From a virus (lineage: Duplodnaviria; Caudoviricetes), in IMG/VR virus record IMGVR_UViG_3300032083_001406, positions 1,617 through 65,616 of that record: a stretch of DNA of 64,000 bases. One strand, written 5' to 3'. Shown piece after piece: positions 42,416 to 53,907 of the stretch. Within the stretch, counting starts at the first letter, position 1. Each line of letters begins with the position of its first letter. Under the pieces are notes generated by a model. That model saw only the letters and a program-made list of their open reading frames with translations. It searched no databases and was not told where the DNA came from. The position numbers and the translations under genes were made by a program.

Positions 42416-43695
42416 GCCACCTTCCTTATTGTAAATGCAGTATATTGTGGATTATTAGCAGATTGAGGGTCAGAACTTCCAGTAGCAAGAAATTCTGTAT
42501 TAGCACCAGACCAAACAATATATCCACTTAATTTAATAACAGTATCTCCTGTTGTTTTGATAGTAGCAGTAGTAAATTGAGAAAATCTAACTACTGCATT
42601 TAAAGTAATAATAGTTCTATTATAAGCATATTTATTATGTTGGTTTCCGTCGCCTATTGATAAATCGAATTCTAATTGTGCATTAGCGGTGTCTCCAAGA
42701 AAATATCCATAAAGATTAACTTCAAAAATACCTGCGCCTTTTAAGGTAATATTTTCTCCTGAAAAGGTAACTGAGTTAGTATCTTCGGCATATGCTGTAA
42801 AATCACCACTTGTAAAAGTATATCTTGAACCAGTAGATAATGATTTATCGTTCGTTAATCCGTATCTTACTAATGTATTTGTTACTGCTAAACTACCATT
42901 TTCTGTAATTCTAGTATCTTGACCAGTATCATCAGTAAAGAATAAAGCATTGGGTATTTCGTTTTTTACCCAAAGTTGTCCTAGTGATGCAGTATCACTA
43001 GCAGCAGAACTTTGTTCTTTAATAAATAACTGATTGTCTAATTTTAATCCATTAACTCTTCCACCAACATCTGCATTAATATAAAATGCTAAGGTATCAA
43101 CTCCCCCATCATTGACATAGAATTCCATATCTTTATCTGATTCCTTTGCTCTAATTTGAGCATCTCCAGCATTACTAAATATTTCCAAAGATTCTGTATA
43201 TCCAGAATTATCTCTACCAACACTTAATGTATTAGCGGCTTTTTCAGTTGTAAAGAATTGAACCCTTCTAGCACCATTAGATGTAGTTGAAGAATATTCT
43301 AACATAGCAATAATAGTATCTCCCGCAGTAAATTGTGCTACTCTATTAGTTGCAGTAGGAACTCTTAATCTAACTACATTCGATGAATCTACTACAATTA
43401 AATAATAACTATTATCTGATGTTGCAGTAAAAGCGGCGGCATTAAATGTAGTTTGGGAGGCAGAATACTTTTTTCCATCTCTAAAGTATTGCCCTGCCGC
43501 TACTGTAATAATAGGGTCAGAAGAACTTTGTGTAATATTAAAACCGTTTGTAGTTTTAATTGCGTAGTTTCCTTTTGACATTTGATTTAATGCTTTAATG
43601 ATTCCCGAATGTGGGAAATCTACTAAGTCATCAATTTGTCCAAATGTAATCCCTGTTCCTTCTGTACTAATAAAAAATGGGTTGTTATCTGCCAT
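42412..43695 (-). CDS. tail fibre / receptor-binding protein
   Basis: beta-rich and T/S/G-rich; ITVAAGQYFRDG, GQLWVKN..LFFTDD; C1q/BclA-like C-terminus. Confidence 0.65.
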   Translation of the reverse strand: MADNNPFFISTEGTGITFGQIDDLVDFPHSGIIKALNQMSKGNYAIKTTNGFNITQSSSDPIITVAAGQYFRDGKKYSASQTTFNAAAFTATSDNSYYLIVVDSSNVVRLRVPTATNRVAQFTAGDTIIAMLEYSSTTSNGARRVQFFTTEKAANTLSVGRDNSGYTESLEIFSNAGDAQIRAKESDKDMEFYVNDGGVDTLAFYINADVGGRVNGLKLDNQLFIKEQSSAASDTASLGQLWVKNEIPNALFFTDDTGQDTRITENGSLAVTNTLVRYGLTNDKSLSTGSRYTFTSGDFTAYAEDTNSVTFSGENITLKGAGIFEVNLYGYFLGDTANAQLEFDLSIGDGNQHNKYAYNRTIITLNAVVRFSQFTTATIKTTGDTVIKLSGYIVWSGANTEFLATGSSDPQSANNPQYTAFTIRKVA

Positions 43696-43696
43696 A

Positions 43697-44047
43697 TTAT
43701 TCCACCTCTAATAAGAAAAAGACTTCTAAATTTTCATTTGATGCAAATGGCCCGATTCCATCAAAATTAACTCTTGCTAATAAATTATTAGACGAATCTA
43801 AGATACCATATTCTCTAATTACTTTACCTGTCATACTAGCAGATGAACCTTGAAAAACCGCTTGAACTTCTACTACATTAGTGTCTGATTTTATCGCATT
43901 GAATACTGAAGTTGCAGTAGTTAATGCAACATCTAAGGTTGTTGCGGCAGGACTAGTTGAATTGCCACCTTGACCAATTTTTCCACTATTAATAGCAGTA
44001 CCTTGTATATATGTAGCGACTAATTCTTTTAATTTATCTGTAATCAT
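43697..44047 (-). CDS. tail/baseplate structural protein
   Basis: IGQGG...IREYGILD...LLARV, a pattern of tail-collar/baseplate domains. Confidence 0.6.
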   Translation of the reverse strand: MITDKLKELVATYIQGTAINSGKIGQGGNSTSPAATTLDVALTTATSVFNAIKSDTNVVEVQAVFQGSSASMTGKVIREYGILDSSNNLLARVNFDGIGPFASNENLEVFFLLEVE

Positions 44048-47000
44048 TCTAATTCCTCATCAAGTAAAGTAGTGTATGAAAGGCTCCCACCTAACGCTCC
44101 TAGAGGCGAGGTTTCCGTATTTAATGGTATCGAGAAACCTAATGGGAATCCAGTTGTAGGGAAAGTTTTCTTTCTAATTAACACCCTTAAGCCTTTAACT
44201 TTCATATCTTCTAAAAAGTCCAGACTCTCTGATTCTTTAAAAGATTGATTTCTTACCTTAGAATTAATATTTTTATTATCTATTAATAATTCAGCAAACC
44301 TATCTTCTAATCCTTTACTATATTTACCCAGTTCTAAAACCATCAATCCAGTTAATAGGTATTCTATTTGTAATACCATGTAATGATTTAAAGGAATGTT
44401 TTCTCTAGGTATTTCTAAACCAATAATATCCCCTACTTTTATTTGAGATATGTTTTCATGTCCAACAGTTACCTTAAGTTTTTTATTTTTGGCAGAATGC
44501 AATCTAAGCAATTTAGAGGCTTCTTTATTTACATCTTCTTGAGTAGTTAATTTATCCTCAAATACTTCTAAAGCCTTCAATCCTTTTTCGTTAATGCTTC
44601 TTATATCTTTTCTAGTTTTCTTATGATTACGGCCATATACTGTAATTTGATTATAGAAGTTAAACATATTTTTAGATTCTTCAAAGTCATATATTTGATA
44701 TTTGCCAGTTTCATTAAGAACAATGCCCTTATAGAAAGTAGCGTCATTTCTATTCTTAATCTTGAACACTTCGTTTTCTTCAAATAGTGTCATATCTTTT
44801 TGTTCTAATAGATAATTAATTGCAGAGAATAAATCAACACCTTGATAATTGGGTGCTAAGAATAAAGGATAGTCGTCATTTGTCATTTCAAATTCAATAT
44901 TATTTTCTTCTAATAGTTCATTAATTAAATCTTCAGTTTCGTTTGCTATTGTAGCAGTTGTTCCAATACAGGCTCTTGTTGGGGTTATTTTTAAATTGTC
45001 AAATACCTGTATTGTAAAGGTTTGGCTTAAAGATACTATCCCTTTACAGAAAAATGGCTTTGAAATATTGCTTATTGCTGGCGTTGTTGTTTTCTCTTGA
45101 GTTCTAACATTAAGATTTATTTTTTTACCATTTTCACCATCGGTGGCATATAATGGATAGTCATTATCCCCAGTAAATAGTTCGCTGTATATTTTAGTAT
45201 TATCCCTTATAATTAAGTGGTCATCGGTAGTTTGCTTATCAGTATCTAACATAACATACATAGATAAAAATGCTTCATTTTCGTGTAAGTTAGATATACC
45301 ACTTTGATACAAGTATGAAGATTTTATATTATAAGTTTTATCTTCATCCATCACTTTAGTATATCTGCTTGATAATTTATTAAAAGTAATCTCTTCTGGA
45401 CTAAAATCATACATACATACTTCATTAGGTTGCATGATTCTATATGCTCTATCATCAGTCAATTCTTTATCTGTTATTAAGATATGAGTTTCGTGATTAC
45501 TTGGGTCTATTTCATGTGAAACAACATAAACAATATCTTCTGGAAATCGTTCATTCATGTACGTTACTCCAGTTTCAGTTCCAGTAGTTCCTAAAATAGC
45601 ATCTTTTTCCATAACCAAATAACAACCAGTTAAATCCATAAACTGCAAAAATTCATTTTTACCATCTACATCTAATGTGTTTTTTCTTAAGTTACCATTT
45701 GAAGATGCAATAGTGGCATTATCGGTTCTACTACTAGTATCAATCCATAATCTACATTTAAATCCTAAAATTATACCATCTACTGCAAAGGGAATACTAT
45801 CTGCGTGATTCTCTGCGCTTGTATCTCCGACATGAGTAAAGTCTTTAAAATGATTACCACTTTTAACAGTAAAGAAATTATCAGGAGATATTGCGAATTC
45901 AGCACCAGTAGTTAAAACATCCGAAACATTTCCTTTTTCTAGTTTATACTTACCTCCATCTCGTATATCATATCTATTTAAGGCAACTGCCATAGTTCCT
46001 TCATAGTAGTCATTATCATTGTCAAGACTAGTTATCATATTACCAAAGACTCTACATTCAGAAGTAGTAGCAGTAGTTCCCGATATTCCAGTTATTCCCG
46101 CTTTACTGAAAGGTAAAATTATTTCAGAATCAGTTGGCAAAGAAACAGGATTTGACCCATCAAAACCATTTCCTTGTGTTTTAAAGAATTTAGACTCATC
46201 TGGCATAACCGCCCCAAGATGTTTTCTACTTACATTAATAGCCCTACCAGCAGGTAAGAAATTTTCTCCTTTAAATGGAGTTTCAGGATTCCATGCAAGT
46301 GCTTCTACTGATTTATAAATAGTTCCAGAAGAAAGAACTACATTACTTCCAGAAATGCTAGTATATTTAACATCTGCTGAAAAGGTGTGAATGTTAGAAG
46401 TAGTAGGAGTAGAAGCATTATTTACCTGACCTATTAAGTTACCTTCATCATCTATTAATTTATCTCCATTTGCTAATGCTATACTTCCTGTAAATGTTAT
46501 TTTGTTTCTATCCCCGCTATTATGTTGAGTAGTAGTAGCACCGACATCTATATTTCCCACGCTAGTATTATTAAAGAAATGGAAATCTATATTAGGAGAT
46601 GCGGCTATTCTACTTTCTAATTCCTTTTCAGGGTTAAACGGATTATACAAAAAATCAAAACACATTTCTGTGAGCCTCATCATACCTACTCTTTTAATAT
46701 TATTAGTAAAATCAGAGGTACTGATAGGAACGGTTTGATAATTAATGTCTTGTAGTTTGATTCTATTACCACTATTATCGTCTAAAGTATTATCTTTTAT
46801 TGAAGTGTTCTCAATCAAGTGTAAATTATAATTAGTTATGTCCTTAGTTCCATTAAATAGACTATCTTTTCTTAGGGAAGAATAAGGTAAAACGTCAGAA
46901 TTAATATATAAAAATAACCTATGATATGAATTATCTATGTTTTTAATAGCGTTTTTTCTATGTATTAATTTGTCAGACTCCACCAATATTCTAGTTCTTT

Positions 47001-50000
47001 CTATATCTGTATGAAATACTGTGTCTGCAAACATAGAACCTAATACATCTACTTGTCCTCTTTCATCGTAAGGCCAATGTTTATCGGCAGTATTGGTTTG
47101 ACCTCTAGAAACTAAATTGGAAGTAGCAGTTTTAGGTTTAAACTGATAAGTTTCGCTCAAGTAATTTATTAAGGATGTTCTTCCAGAATAAGTGTTTTGT
47201 TGATAATTAGGAGTGGAACCGATAATAATTCCAGCAATGTCATTAGAATAATTAAAATTCCCTAATGCTAATGAATTCAATTTGTAATATGGTTGCCCAA
47301 ACTTTTTAAATATATCTTCATCGGTACTGTGTGGATTAACGTGATTTAAAGGCACTACCCCAGTTGAAGTAATTTTAGGATGGGGGCTAGAAATAATTTT
47401 TCCTCCCCATAAATGCTTACCATTGACAAATCCTAATTCTTGAATATTATGACTTATAGTATAAATAGTTTCATCGGCACTATAATCAGCATCTCTATCT
47501 AAATGCAATTCAACTGAAGTATTATTATGAGTATTAGTTTTCAATATATATCTTAATATCCCCATAAAAACATAAGCCCCACTATCTAGTTTAAATATAG
47601 GTTCTCCTATTTTTAATGTTTTCCAACTATCTGCTCCAGTATTTGTTATTAAAATATTTTTTGAAATACTACTTCCTCTAGCGGCTAAAGTAACATTAGT
47701 AGATACTGCGGAATTATCACCAGTATTAGTAAATTTAGGAATTTTTCTCCCTAATGTAATAGGAATATATGGTGCTAATTCTATTTCAGTAATGCTATCT
47801 TTACTATTTACATTTACTATTTCAAAATCAATTAAAGTATTTACAGTATCAAAAGAAGAATTAGCCTCACTTCCTATCTCATCTTTGAATTTTGCTTGGA
47901 AAGCATTATCGTTATTAATAGATACAGGACTATTAATATGATAGCCAATTGCTTTTGGATTAGTATTGATACTACTTCCAACTAAATCATTTCCTTCTGA
48001 ACCATCAGACATAGTAATTTGCTTACCGCTTGTAAAGTAAACACCCTTTCCAGCAGAGCCAGTTAATGAAGTGGGATTAACAGTAGTTAAATGAGATGAG
48101 CCTAATGCTTTATTAAACATATAATTTTTATCTGTTTCCATATAAATTGCTTCGCTGTTTAATTTTGTCAAAGATGGTGTAATTACCAATCTTCTTTTTG
48201 AAGCACCATGAGTAGAAATACCAGTAACTTCACCAATATAACCGTTTTCGCTAAATATTCTTGTTCCTTCAACAGAAGGGTCATTATCAAATGTTTGTGC
48301 GCCTGAAATTTTAATATCGGTATCTATTTGAGTAGCATTTAAGGCAACAGAATGAGTAGTTCCTGCTTTTATATTTGCTAGAGTATTATACGGACTTAGG
48401 GTAGAATAAATAATATCTTCTGAAAAAGCAGTATCTTTATTAATAATTGGCCCAAATAATTTACTAATATCGCTACGACCATTTAATTCTACAAAGTTCT
48501 GTGAATCTTCTTTATAAGAACTTATCTTTTCTATTGTCCCTGTAAATCTTTCTACCTCAATAGAATACGAGCCTAACGAATATCTTAGCGAAGAGTCGCC
48601 TGAATAGGACTGAGAATTAGAACTTAATGTAATCAATCCATGTCTAGCATCAACCGCAGTAACAGTTGATTCTAAAGATTCCATATCTTTAGACTGAGTT
48701 TTAACATACAATTCATCAGTCCTTCCATCTAATAAATTAAACGTAGTTAGAATAGTATTGTCTTGATAATTATACGCTCTTCTTTGTAATGTTCCTGTTA
48801 GTGAAGTTAAACTAGTAGATGTAGTAAAAACAGATTCGGTTTCTAATCTACTGTATTCTTCAAACGTAATAGTAGTAGTGGTAATTGCACTACAAATAAT
48901 AATTCTAGTACCTATTCTTATTTCATCTCCTACATTAATAAAGTCCCGCACATCAGAATAATCAGTAACTATGTTATATTGCCTACTAGAAATATGGGAA
49001 CCTAATGTAACTTTCATATCAACAAATTCATTTAAATCTCCAGTAAATACTCTATGCCTAACTCGATATTTATCAAATTCAGTAATCTTTGTAGTTAGCA
49101 TTCTACTAGGATTAAGTATTTTAGTTTCACAATATCCGCCACGATTTCCAACAGATTGTTCTAATTTATTATCTAATACATTATCTAATACATTTACCTT
49201 TGTTGGAGAGTAGTCATAATGTAAGTATCTAATTGGGCCTTCTGTTAAAATAGTAGAAGTTCCGACGACTTTATCATCAGAATCCCTTCTAGCATTTGGA
49301 AATATCTTATCATAATCAGTATTAACATTCAAAACAGTATTTCCTTCATTTGAAGTATTAGAAACATCCAATGTTTTAAGATTATCAGTTAATGTTAATT
49401 GCATAGTATATTTACTATAATCTAATATTTTATTAGAAAATGCTTGTTCGGTAACAAAAACTCTTTGTTCTGAAAGATGGTCTACTGTTGTAGTAACACC
49501 ATCGGTCTTTTGAAGTCTTAAGTGGTATTTTGTATTGTGGTCTAGTTCTCCTTTTTTATTTAAAGAAGTATCTAATAAATAAAACAAAGGTGATGAAACT
49601 ACTAATGCTGCTTTTAATTCATTCTTAATTCCTGCCGAAAAAGCAATTGCTTTTGTAGTTTTAATTGGCCCTTTAAACACCATAAACTCAGTATCTTTAG
49701 GGATTTCTTTTCCTAAAGGCGGAGTAAATTCAAAAGCATCACCTACAACATCTTCTGTTATAATATCAGTAACTTTAGCAAAATGATGTTTTAAATGATT
49801 ATCTGAATGAACTAATACAAAGTAATAGTAATCACTATCATAATTTCCACCAGTCAATTGAATTCCAGTAGAAGTAACTGAATCAAAACATTTTATTCTA
49901 AAACCTTTTGTATTTTCTAAATTATATCTAGGCGTATTTGCACTAGAAGCACCTACTTCCACAAAAGTTTCACTTGATGTAGAATCATCTGGATAAATTA

Positions 50001-50124
50001 AAGTAAAGAGCCTTTCAGAATCAGTAAATGAACTGTTAGATTCTACTAAAGGATTAGTAGGAGTATTAAATCCTGTTGCACTACCGAATGTAGTTTCTCC
50101 TTTCTGAAATACTACGGTTGCCAT
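44044..50124 (-). CDS. very large tail tip/hub protein (2026 aa)
   Basis: position downstream of the tape measure gene; C-terminal hub-like motifs (NQITVYG, SINEKG, IKVGDII). Confidence 0.65.
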   Translation of the reverse strand: MATVVFQKGETTFGSATGFNTPTNPLVESNSSFTDSERLFTLIYPDDSTSSETFVEVGASSANTPRYNLENTKGFRIKCFDSVTSTGIQLTGGNYDSDYYYFVLVHSDNHLKHHFAKVTDIITEDVVGDAFEFTPPLGKEIPKDTEFMVFKGPIKTTKAIAFSAGIKNELKAALVVSSPLFYLLDTSLNKKGELDHNTKYHLRLQKTDGVTTTVDHLSEQRVFVTEQAFSNKILDYSKYTMQLTLTDNLKTLDVSNTSNEGNTVLNVNTDYDKIFPNARRDSDDKVVGTSTILTEGPIRYLHYDYSPTKVNVLDNVLDNKLEQSVGNRGGYCETKILNPSRMLTTKITEFDKYRVRHRVFTGDLNEFVDMKVTLGSHISSRQYNIVTDYSDVRDFINVGDEIRIGTRIIICSAITTTTITFEEYSRLETESVFTTSTSLTSLTGTLQRRAYNYQDNTILTTFNLLDGRTDELYVKTQSKDMESLESTVTAVDARHGLITLSSNSQSYSGDSSLRYSLGSYSIEVERFTGTIEKISSYKEDSQNFVELNGRSDISKLFGPIINKDTAFSEDIIYSTLSPYNTLANIKAGTTHSVALNATQIDTDIKISGAQTFDNDPSVEGTRIFSENGYIGEVTGISTHGASKRRLVITPSLTKLNSEAIYMETDKNYMFNKALGSSHLTTVNPTSLTGSAGKGVYFTSGKQITMSDGSEGNDLVGSSINTNPKAIGYHINSPVSINNDNAFQAKFKDEIGSEANSSFDTVNTLIDFEIVNVNSKDSITEIELAPYIPITLGRKIPKFTNTGDNSAVSTNVTLAARGSSISKNILITNTGADSWKTLKIGEPIFKLDSGAYVFMGILRYILKTNTHNNTSVELHLDRDADYSADETIYTISHNIQELGFVNGKHLWGGKIISSPHPKITSTGVVPLNHVNPHSTDEDIFKKFGQPYYKLNSLALGNFNYSNDIAGIIIGSTPNYQQNTYSGRTSLINYLSETYQFKPKTATSNLVSRGQTNTADKHWPYDERGQVDVLGSMFADTVFHTDIERTRILVESDKLIHRKNAIKNIDNSYHRLFLYINSDVLPYSSLRKDSLFNGTKDITNYNLHLIENTSIKDNTLDDNSGNRIKLQDINYQTVPISTSDFTNNIKRVGMMRLTEMCFDFLYNPFNPEKELESRIAASPNIDFHFFNNTSVGNIDVGATTTQHNSGDRNKITFTGSIALANGDKLIDDEGNLIGQVNNASTPTTSNIHTFSADVKYTSISGSNVVLSSGTIYKSVEALAWNPETPFKGENFLPAGRAINVSRKHLGAVMPDESKFFKTQGNGFDGSNPVSLPTDSEIILPFSKAGITGISGTTATTSECRVFGNMITSLDNDNDYYEGTMAVALNRYDIRDGGKYKLEKGNVSDVLTTGAEFAISPDNFFTVKSGNHFKDFTHVGDTSAENHADSIPFAVDGIILGFKCRLWIDTSSRTDNATIASSNGNLRKNTLDVDGKNEFLQFMDLTGCYLVMEKDAILGTTGTETGVTYMNERFPEDIVYVVSHEIDPSNHETHILITDKELTDDRAYRIMQPNEVCMYDFSPEEITFNKLSSRYTKVMDEDKTYNIKSSYLYQSGISNLHENEAFLSMYVMLDTDKQTTDDHLIIRDNTKIYSELFTGDNDYPLYATDGENGKKINLNVRTQEKTTTPAISNISKPFFCKGIVSLSQTFTIQVFDNLKITPTRACIGTTATIANETEDLINELLEENNIEFEMTNDDYPLFLAPNYQGVDLFSAINYLLEQKDMTLFEENEVFKIKNRNDATFYKGIVLNETGKYQIYDFEESKNMFNFYNQITVYGRNHKKTRKDIRSINEKGLKALEVFEDKLTTQEDVNKEASKLLRLHSAKNKKLKVTVGHENISQIKVGDIIGLEIPRENIPLNHYMVLQIEYLLTGLMVLELGKYSKGLEDRFAELLIDNKNINSKVRNQSFKESESLDFLEDMKVKGLRVLIRKKTFPTTGFPLGFSIPLNTETSPLGALGGSLSYTTLLDEELE

Positions 50125-51257
50125 TATACATCAATCTCCTCGAATCTTAAATATAATAAAGTATTATCTAAACTAGGTAATAGAGTTTCTCTATTTGTAA
50201 AACTATTTTTAGGTATTCCTTGAATAGATAACTCATGCATTTCTCCCATAAATTGTTTATTAACTATTGCTGAATTAGCACCAGTAGCACCATCACCAGT
50301 AGCACCAATATAACTATCAAATTTCTCAAATGCAAATGTACCAGTATTGGCATGAGTTGAATTTAATACTCTTTTACCATTTAAATAAATGCATATTCTA
50401 TTAGGATTCTCAAATAAGGTGCAAGCAATGTGATATGTATTATTAATGTAAGAAGCATCCTTCCTTGAACGAATATATACTCTTGTTCCATTACTCAACG
50501 TAGGAGAATATGAGGCGTTAAGAGTTATGCTAGTTGTGCCTGTAACTGATGCGATAGTACCAAGTGAAGTGAATGTAAAACCATCCCGTATGAATACCTC
50601 CTGACCCGCATGACATTGGTTTTCAAAGGAACCCGACAAACCGATTACAGCACCACTATGGGAGGTGGTCGATGAGAGGAAGTCGTGTGTCTTTCTACCA
50701 TTAATATCAAATCCATCAATATCACTAGATGAACCCCATTTGAACATAGAATCCTCATTAGCAGTAATTACAGCACTAGTTGTAGTAAAAGTATTTGAAA
50801 CTCCACCTATGCTCATATCTACTTTAATTTTATATTCAGCAGGTTGATTCTCATTATACGTTGTTGCATTTAAAAGCGATACTGAAAAGTTAGGACTTGA
50901 AAATATTCTCATTTCATGTGTTAATCTTCCACCTGCAACTGGTAAATATAATTCACTTTGATAATTAGTAGGAGTCGATTGATGACTACTTGATGGCATT
51001 ATCTTTTTACTAGCAGTAAAAGAAGGAATAGTGCCACTTGCACTTTGCCTACCAAATCCATTTATATCATAAGGAGTAACAATGGATTCAAAAGTAAAAG
51101 ACCCTTCATGTGCAAATAGCCCAAAAGCAGTATCAGTAGAAGTATCTCCGTCTGATTCAGTATCGGGAATATTATCAGAATAATCTAGTTTAACAAATCC
51201 ATTACACATAACAGGGAATACAAGACTCCTTTTCTTACCTGCTAGAATAGTGTACAT
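50124..51257 (-). CDS. tail protein with LamG/concanavalin-like domain
   Basis: FTFESIV...YHIACT...IYLNG...YIGA...FMGEMHEL. Confidence 0.65.
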   Translation of the reverse strand: MYTILAGKKRSLVFPVMCNGFVKLDYSDNIPDTESDGDTSTDTAFGLFAHEGSFTFESIVTPYDINGFGRQSASGTIPSFTASKKIMPSSSHQSTPTNYQSELYLPVAGGRLTHEMRIFSSPNFSVSLLNATTYNENQPAEYKIKVDMSIGGVSNTFTTTSAVITANEDSMFKWGSSSDIDGFDINGRKTHDFLSSTTSHSGAVIGLSGSFENQCHAGQEVFIRDGFTFTSLGTIASVTGTTSITLNASYSPTLSNGTRVYIRSRKDASYINNTYHIACTLFENPNRICIYLNGKRVLNSTHANTGTFAFEKFDSYIGATGDGATGANSAIVNKQFMGEMHELSIQGIPKNSFTNRETLLPSLDNTLLYLRFEEIDV

Positions 51258-51267
51258 TTATTTCACC

Positions 51268-51906
51268 TTAAGGAGCAACTTGAGCAGATTGGAATTCTAA
51301 ACTAAAACTAATTTCATATGATTCTGAATTGATGTCGAAACTAAAAGAGCGAATAAATCCAGTTAATCCAGTATCGGTTTGGACATCAGGGTAAGTTGAT
51401 ATTTTAGCAGGAACTCCTTCATTGTCTCCTTTACCATTATCTCCCCTTGAAGCAAAATTAAATGGTATATTAGTACCATCTTCTCTAGTAGATGAATCAG
51501 ATAATCCAGCCCTATATGCGTGGTCATCATCAACTAAAGAAGGATATAGAATAACTAATTCAGAGAATGCTTGGCTTTTAGCCAAACTAGTAGAATCAAC
51601 TCCTGATGCAATCATTTGTGCTACTTCATGAGCAGAATACTTTCTAGTAACATCAGTACCATCAATTGTTTTAGTAATTAATGTATCTAATATAATACCT
51701 TGTATACTAACTGATTTATCCGCCATACCTAAATCTAATGCGGCAGTAATTGATTCACCAGTAGCAATTCCAGATAAAGGAACTGGGAACGCAGGAATAG
51801 TCTTAGTTACTGAAACAGAAACGCTAGTTACATTTAATGGAATAACATTCTTAGTTAAGTCACTTCCACTATTATTTTGTGTCTTTAAATATACAAATGT
51901 TGTCAT
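51268..51906 (-). CDS. distal tail protein-like
   Basis: follows the tape measure gene; GFIRSFSFD...FSLEF. Confidence 0.55.
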   Translation of the reverse strand: MTTFVYLKTQNNSGSDLTKNVIPLNVTSVSVSVTKTIPAFPVPLSGIATGESITAALDLGMADKSVSIQGIILDTLITKTIDGTDVTRKYSAHEVAQMIASGVDSTSLAKSQAFSELVILYPSLVDDDHAYRAGLSDSSTREDGTNIPFNFASRGDNGKGDNEGVPAKISTYPDVQTDTGLTGFIRSFSFDINSESYEISFSLEFQSAQVAP

Positions 51907-51910
51907 TTAA

Positions 51911-53689
51911 TCACCCTAATGTTCTAGAAGAAGTTCTTCTGTTAATTTTATTATTTACCATGTTTCCAATCTTATCAGCAATACGTCTTAGTTCTGCATC
52001 GGAGGTATCTCTAGCATTAATTGTAATGTTTATAGTATTTCCTCCAGAGGAAGCGGCAACCATTTTCTTTGAATCTCTATTTGAATGAACTCTAGCACCT
52101 TTAGGTAAATTAACTAATTCTGGGCCTTTTTCTCCAACAACTGTCATTCCACCTTTAGCAACTCCACCTTCTGCCATAAATGGTAAATTACCTGTTATCT
52201 GTTTCATAAGCCATGCCCCAAACGCATACAAGGCGGCAAAACCTAAAGCAACAAGTAATACAGGCATTGCATAAATAGCAACCAATTGAGCAATCTGAAT
52301 AGCAAGAGTTTTTACAGCCCAAGCAATAAAATATATTTTAGCAAACTTTACTAATATTTTAAATGCATTTTCTCTGAATTTTTCACTAAATAATAATAGT
52401 CCAATATTGTCTATAACTGTATAGAATGTCCCAACTAATAAAGCACCTAAACCTTTAAGTGCTACTAAAGCCAAGTTCCACACTATTAATAATGCACCGT
52501 CTATTAGAGTCATTAAGTGTTCCAATACCGCTTCATAATCCCCTGTAATAAATGCTCCTATTAATCCAAAGAAAGCACCCACCATAGTTAGTGCAGTATA
52601 AAACATCTCAGTTATTAAATCAATCCCTCCAAAACTCTTGAATATTTCAAATACATCATATGCTGCTTTCATGAATACTAATAATCCCATAAAGACAAAC
52701 ATAGACATAATTAACATTTTGAATAAGAACTTAAAAACTACTCTTACTGTTTTTGCTAACTTTAACATGAATAGTTGGTATTTAATTGTCATTTTTCCAT
52801 AGAAAAGTACGGTGGCTTGCCAACCCCTCCTAATTAAATTAGTTTTCTTATCAAATTTTAACTGTTCTTTAATAGCCCTACCAATATTCTTAAGTTTACC
52901 TGTCATACTAATGAATCCACGTTCTCTAAAACCTACATTTTGAGCCGTTTTAAATACATTTTTTAATCTCTCTTTGCGAGTAACTCCGCCAGTAACTCTA
53001 CCTTTTTTCTCTGTAAGAGCATCAAGTGTTATTTGAGCCTGTTTTTGACCTTGAGGCGTTGATAATGCTTCTTTACCAAAAGTTTCTTCCATTCTTTTAG
53101 CCTTCATAAAAGCGTTTTGACGTTCTTTAAATAAATCCCTTTGTACGTTTCCTTTCTTAATCAATTCATCTAAACCTGCGGCCATCGCTTCATTAGCCTT
53201 TGCCCCTTCAAGAACTGCTTTAGCATATGCAAGAGTTCCTTTTATTGCGCTTTCTTGTTCGGTGGTATATGCAGTAATATCGGCAAGTTGTTCTTCAAAA
53301 AATGGGTCGCCTTTTAAAAGACTTTCTTCTGCTCTTTTTTTTATTTTATCTAGTTCATCCAGTTCTTTCTTTAAAGTTTGAAATGCCGATACTTGCTTTA
53401 CTACTGTCTGATTTGAGGCTGCTTGTGCGGCCATATTATCTTTTGACCGCTTTTCCATCATTCCCAGAATACCTAGATATGCTCTGAATTTGTTTTGAAT
53501 AGCCCACAATGGACTTCCCGAAACTAATCGACTGAAAATATTCCAATTTCTACCTGCGCCTGCAAAACTGTTAGCGGATTGAAGAATTGTTTTTGTAAGT
53601 CCTTCAAATTCAATTGGGGCTCTTTCAACAACTGTATTTAAATCACCAATAGCACTTGCTAAGTTCTTTATTTCAGTTTCTGCGCCTAT
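51911..53689 (-). CDS. tape measure protein (frame is open 60 codons upstream of the track start; probable ATA start)
   Basis: helical with hydrophobic segments; MAEGG...VVGEKGPELV; follows the tail chaperones. Confidence 0.75.
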   Translation of the reverse strand: MGAETEIKNLASAIGDLNTVVERAPIEFEGLTKTILQSANSFAGAGRNWNIFSRLVSGSPLWAIQNKFRAYLGILGMMEKRSKDNMAAQAASNQTVVKQVSAFQTLKKELDELDKIKKRAEESLLKGDPFFEEQLADITAYTTEQESAIKGTLAYAKAVLEGAKANEAMAAGLDELIKKGNVQRDLFKERQNAFMKAKRMEETFGKEALSTPQGQKQAQITLDALTEKKGRVTGGVTRKERLKNVFKTAQNVGFRERGFISMTGKLKNIGRAIKEQLKFDKKTNLIRRGWQATVLFYGKMTIKYQLFMLKLAKTVRVVFKFLFKMLIMSMFVFMGLLVFMKAAYDVFEIFKSFGGIDLITEMFYTALTMVGAFFGLIGAFITGDYEAVLEHLMTLIDGALLIVWNLALVALKGLGALLVGTFYTVIDNIGLLLFSEKFRENAFKILVKFAKIYFIAWAVKTLAIQIAQLVAIYAMPVLLVALGFAALYAFGAWLMKQITGNLPFMAEGGVAKGGMTVVGEKGPELVNLPKGARVHSNRDSKKMVAASSGGNTINITINARDTSDAELRRIADKIGNMVNNKINRRTSSRTLG

Positions 53690-53691
53690 GA

Positions 53692-53907
53692 TTAAACCCC
53701 CTTAGCCGACCTTTTTGCTTTATCTATTTCCTCTGCTTTAAGTTGTTCAATAGTAGAATGAACATTCAATAAGTCTTTAACTAGACTTACTGGCATTTTA
53801 TACACTTCTAACGGACTAATAGATAGTGCGCTAGAAAGAGTATAAACCATAATTAACGAAATTGTTTTAGGGTTTGCTTTTTTTCCTTTTAAAGCATCCC
53901 TAATCAT
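53692..53907 (-). CDS. tail assembly chaperone T (frameshift extension)
   Basis: ISPLEVYKMP; lies in the -1 frame of the upstream chaperone. Confidence 0.7.
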   Translation of the reverse strand: MIRDALKGKKANPKTISLIMVYTLSSALSISPLEVYKMPVSLVKDLLNVHSTIEQLKAEEIDKAKRSAKGV